UHGV virus genome: UHGV-0127759 | DNA from: a virus | Reading direction: 5' to 3' (one strand) | DNA: 36,118 bases | Shown: positions 35,028-36,118 of the stretch, piece by piece | Layout of the letters: the number at the start of each line of letters is the position of its first letter | Position numbering within the stretch: position 1 is the first letter of the stretch | The notes under the pieces: model-generated | What the model was told of the DNA's origin: nothing | Seen by the model: the letters and a program-made list of their open reading frames with translations, nothing else | Database searches by the model: none | Position numbers and translations under genes: made by a program

Positions 35028-36118
35028 ATGAAAAAGAAAATTTTAGCAGGAGCGCTTGTCGCTCTGTTTTTTATGCCTACAGCTGTATTTGCCGCAAAAG
35101 GAGACCAAGGTGTGGATTGGGCGATTTATCAAGGCGAACAAGGTCGTTTTGGTTATGCTCATGATAAATTCGCTATTGCTCAAATTGGCGGCTATAATGC
35201 TAGTGGTATTTACGAGCAGTATACTTATAAAACGCAAGTAGCAAGTGCCATTGCTCAAGGAAAACGAGCGCACACTTATATTTGGTACGACACGTTCGGT
35301 AGCATGGACATTGCCAAAACGACAATGGATTACTTTTTGCCACGTATTCAAACGCCTAAAAATTCCATCGTTGCATTAGATTTTGAACATGGAGCGTTGG
35401 CTAGTGTTCCAGATGGATATGGTGGATATGTAAGTTCAGATGCCGAAAAAGCAGCAAATACAGAGACAATTTTGTACGGTATGCGCAGAATCAAACAGGC
35501 TGGCTATACTCCAATGTATTACAGCTATAAGCCATTTACATTAAATCATGTAAACTATCAACAAATCATCAAAGAGTTTCCTAACTCTTTATGGATTGCT
35601 GCGTATCCTATCGATGGTGTGTCACCATATCCATTGTATGCTTATTTCCCAAGCATGGATGGTATTGGTATTTGGCAATTCACATCCGCTTATATTGCAG
35701 GTGGTTTAGATGGTAACGTAGATTTAACAGGTATTACTGATAACGGGTATACTGCAATTGACAAACCAGAAACCGAAACTCCAGCAATTGATGCAGGTGA
35801 AGAAGTAGAAAATACGCCAAGTTCCGATGTTAAAGTGGGCGACACTGTTAAAGTGAAATTTAGTGTTGATGTTTGGGCAACTGGTGAAGCTATTCCGCAA
35901 TGGGTAAAAGGAAACAGCTATAAAGTACAAGAAGTAACTGAGAGCAGAGTATTGCTTGAAGGTATCTTGTCATGGATCAGCAAAGGCGATATTGAATTAT
36001 TGCCAGATGCGGTAACTGTTCCTGATAAACAACCAGAAGCGACTCATGTGGTACAATACGGTGAAACGTTATTCAGCATTGCTTATCAATATGGAACAGA
36101 CTATCAAGCGTTGGCGGT
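35028..36118 (+). CDS. Endolysin with an N-terminal signal peptide, a GH25 muramidase domain and LysM repeats (3'-partial at the window edge; appears to continue at 1..211)
   Basis: MKKKILAGALVALFFMPTAVFA|AKG signal peptide. GVDWAIYQG...KFAIAQIGG...HTYIWYD are GH25 motifs. A LysM repeat begins at VVQYGETLFSIAYQYGTDYQALA. Confidence 0.85.
   Translation, partial: MKKKILAGALVALFFMPTAVFAAKGDQGVDWAIYQGEQGRFGYAHDKFAIAQIGGYNASGIYEQYTYKTQVASAIAQGKRAHTYIWYDTFGSMDIAKTTMDYFLPRIQTPKNSIVALDFEHGALASVPDGYGGYVSSDAEKAANTETILYGMRRIKQAGYTPMYYSYKPFTLNHVNYQQIIKEFPNSLWIAAYPIDGVSPYPLYAYFPSMDGIGIWQFTSAYIAGGLDGNVDLTGITDNGYTAIDKPETETPAIDAGEEVENTPSSDVKVGDTVKVKFSVDVWATGEAIPQWVKGNSYKVQEVTESRVLLEGILSWISKGDIELLPDAVTVPDKQPEATHVVQYGETLFSIAYQYGTDYQALA

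Noticed and set aside
34970-35351. ORFs 34970..35164 (+), 35043..35351 (-) and 35056..35241 (+)
   Set aside because: They overlap the holin end and the strongly supported endolysin frame (signal peptide plus GH25 motifs), so they are alternative-frame artefacts.
1-36118. CRISPR arrays, rRNA, IS elements or transposases
   Set aside because: No regularly spaced direct repeats with unique spacers, no rRNA-like segments, and no DDE-transposase-like ORFs were seen. The only tandem repeats are iterons, TMP repeats and the phased 11-bp array.

Overview
The window reads as a complete temperate siphovirus genome from a low-GC Firmicutes (Lactobacillales-like) host, and it appears to be circularly closed. 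The sequence opens inside the LysM tail of an endolysin whose signal-peptide/GH25 head starts at 35028 and runs off the 3' end, in frame across the junction. Gene order from the left: endolysin C-terminus; an AT-rich two-gene moron (DUF3800-like protein overlapping a MazF/PemK-like protein); three tandem + strand terminators; tyrosine integrase (-); a tRNA 3'-end-like fragment that could be the attP core; a 4-TM membrane-protein moron (+); a LysM lipoprotein (-); an ImmA/IrrE protease (-) with an XRE cI-like repressor (-); a switch region with face-to-face consensus promoters and a 10-bp operator motif; Cro-like and HTH proteins with small early genes (one on the opposite strand); RecT with a PD-(D/E)XK exonuclease; a DnaD-like organiser carrying an internal iteron origin; a DnaC-like loader; a Zn-ribbon, a DUF1064 and several hypothetical genes; a terminator-insulated minus-strand gene; a candidate minus-strand sRNA; an ArpU/Alt-type late activator; phased 11-bp repeats; an atypical tRNA (anticodon CGA, short variable loop) preceded by a 12-bp inverted repeat; an HNH endonuclease; a GC-rich cos-like island; TerS (P27) and TerL; an AT-rich membrane moron; portal; ClpP-type protease; HK97 major capsid; connector proteins; a phi13-type major tail protein; an Ig-like protein; the G and G-T chaperones with a -1 frameshift at A_AAA_AAG; a 1583-aa tape measure with tandem repeats; Dit; a Tal-like protein; two baseplate/RBP candidates; a phi LC3-type holin; and the endolysin. 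There is no CRISPR, no rRNA, and no transposase. The most novel-looking element is the DUF3800-like/MazF-like cassette, which lacks a canonical antitoxin and sits in the lysis-to-attP moron slot. It is followed in interest by the lysogeny-module membrane/lipoprotein morons, the candidate sRNA, the odd tRNA, and a conserved structured motif after the two major structural genes.
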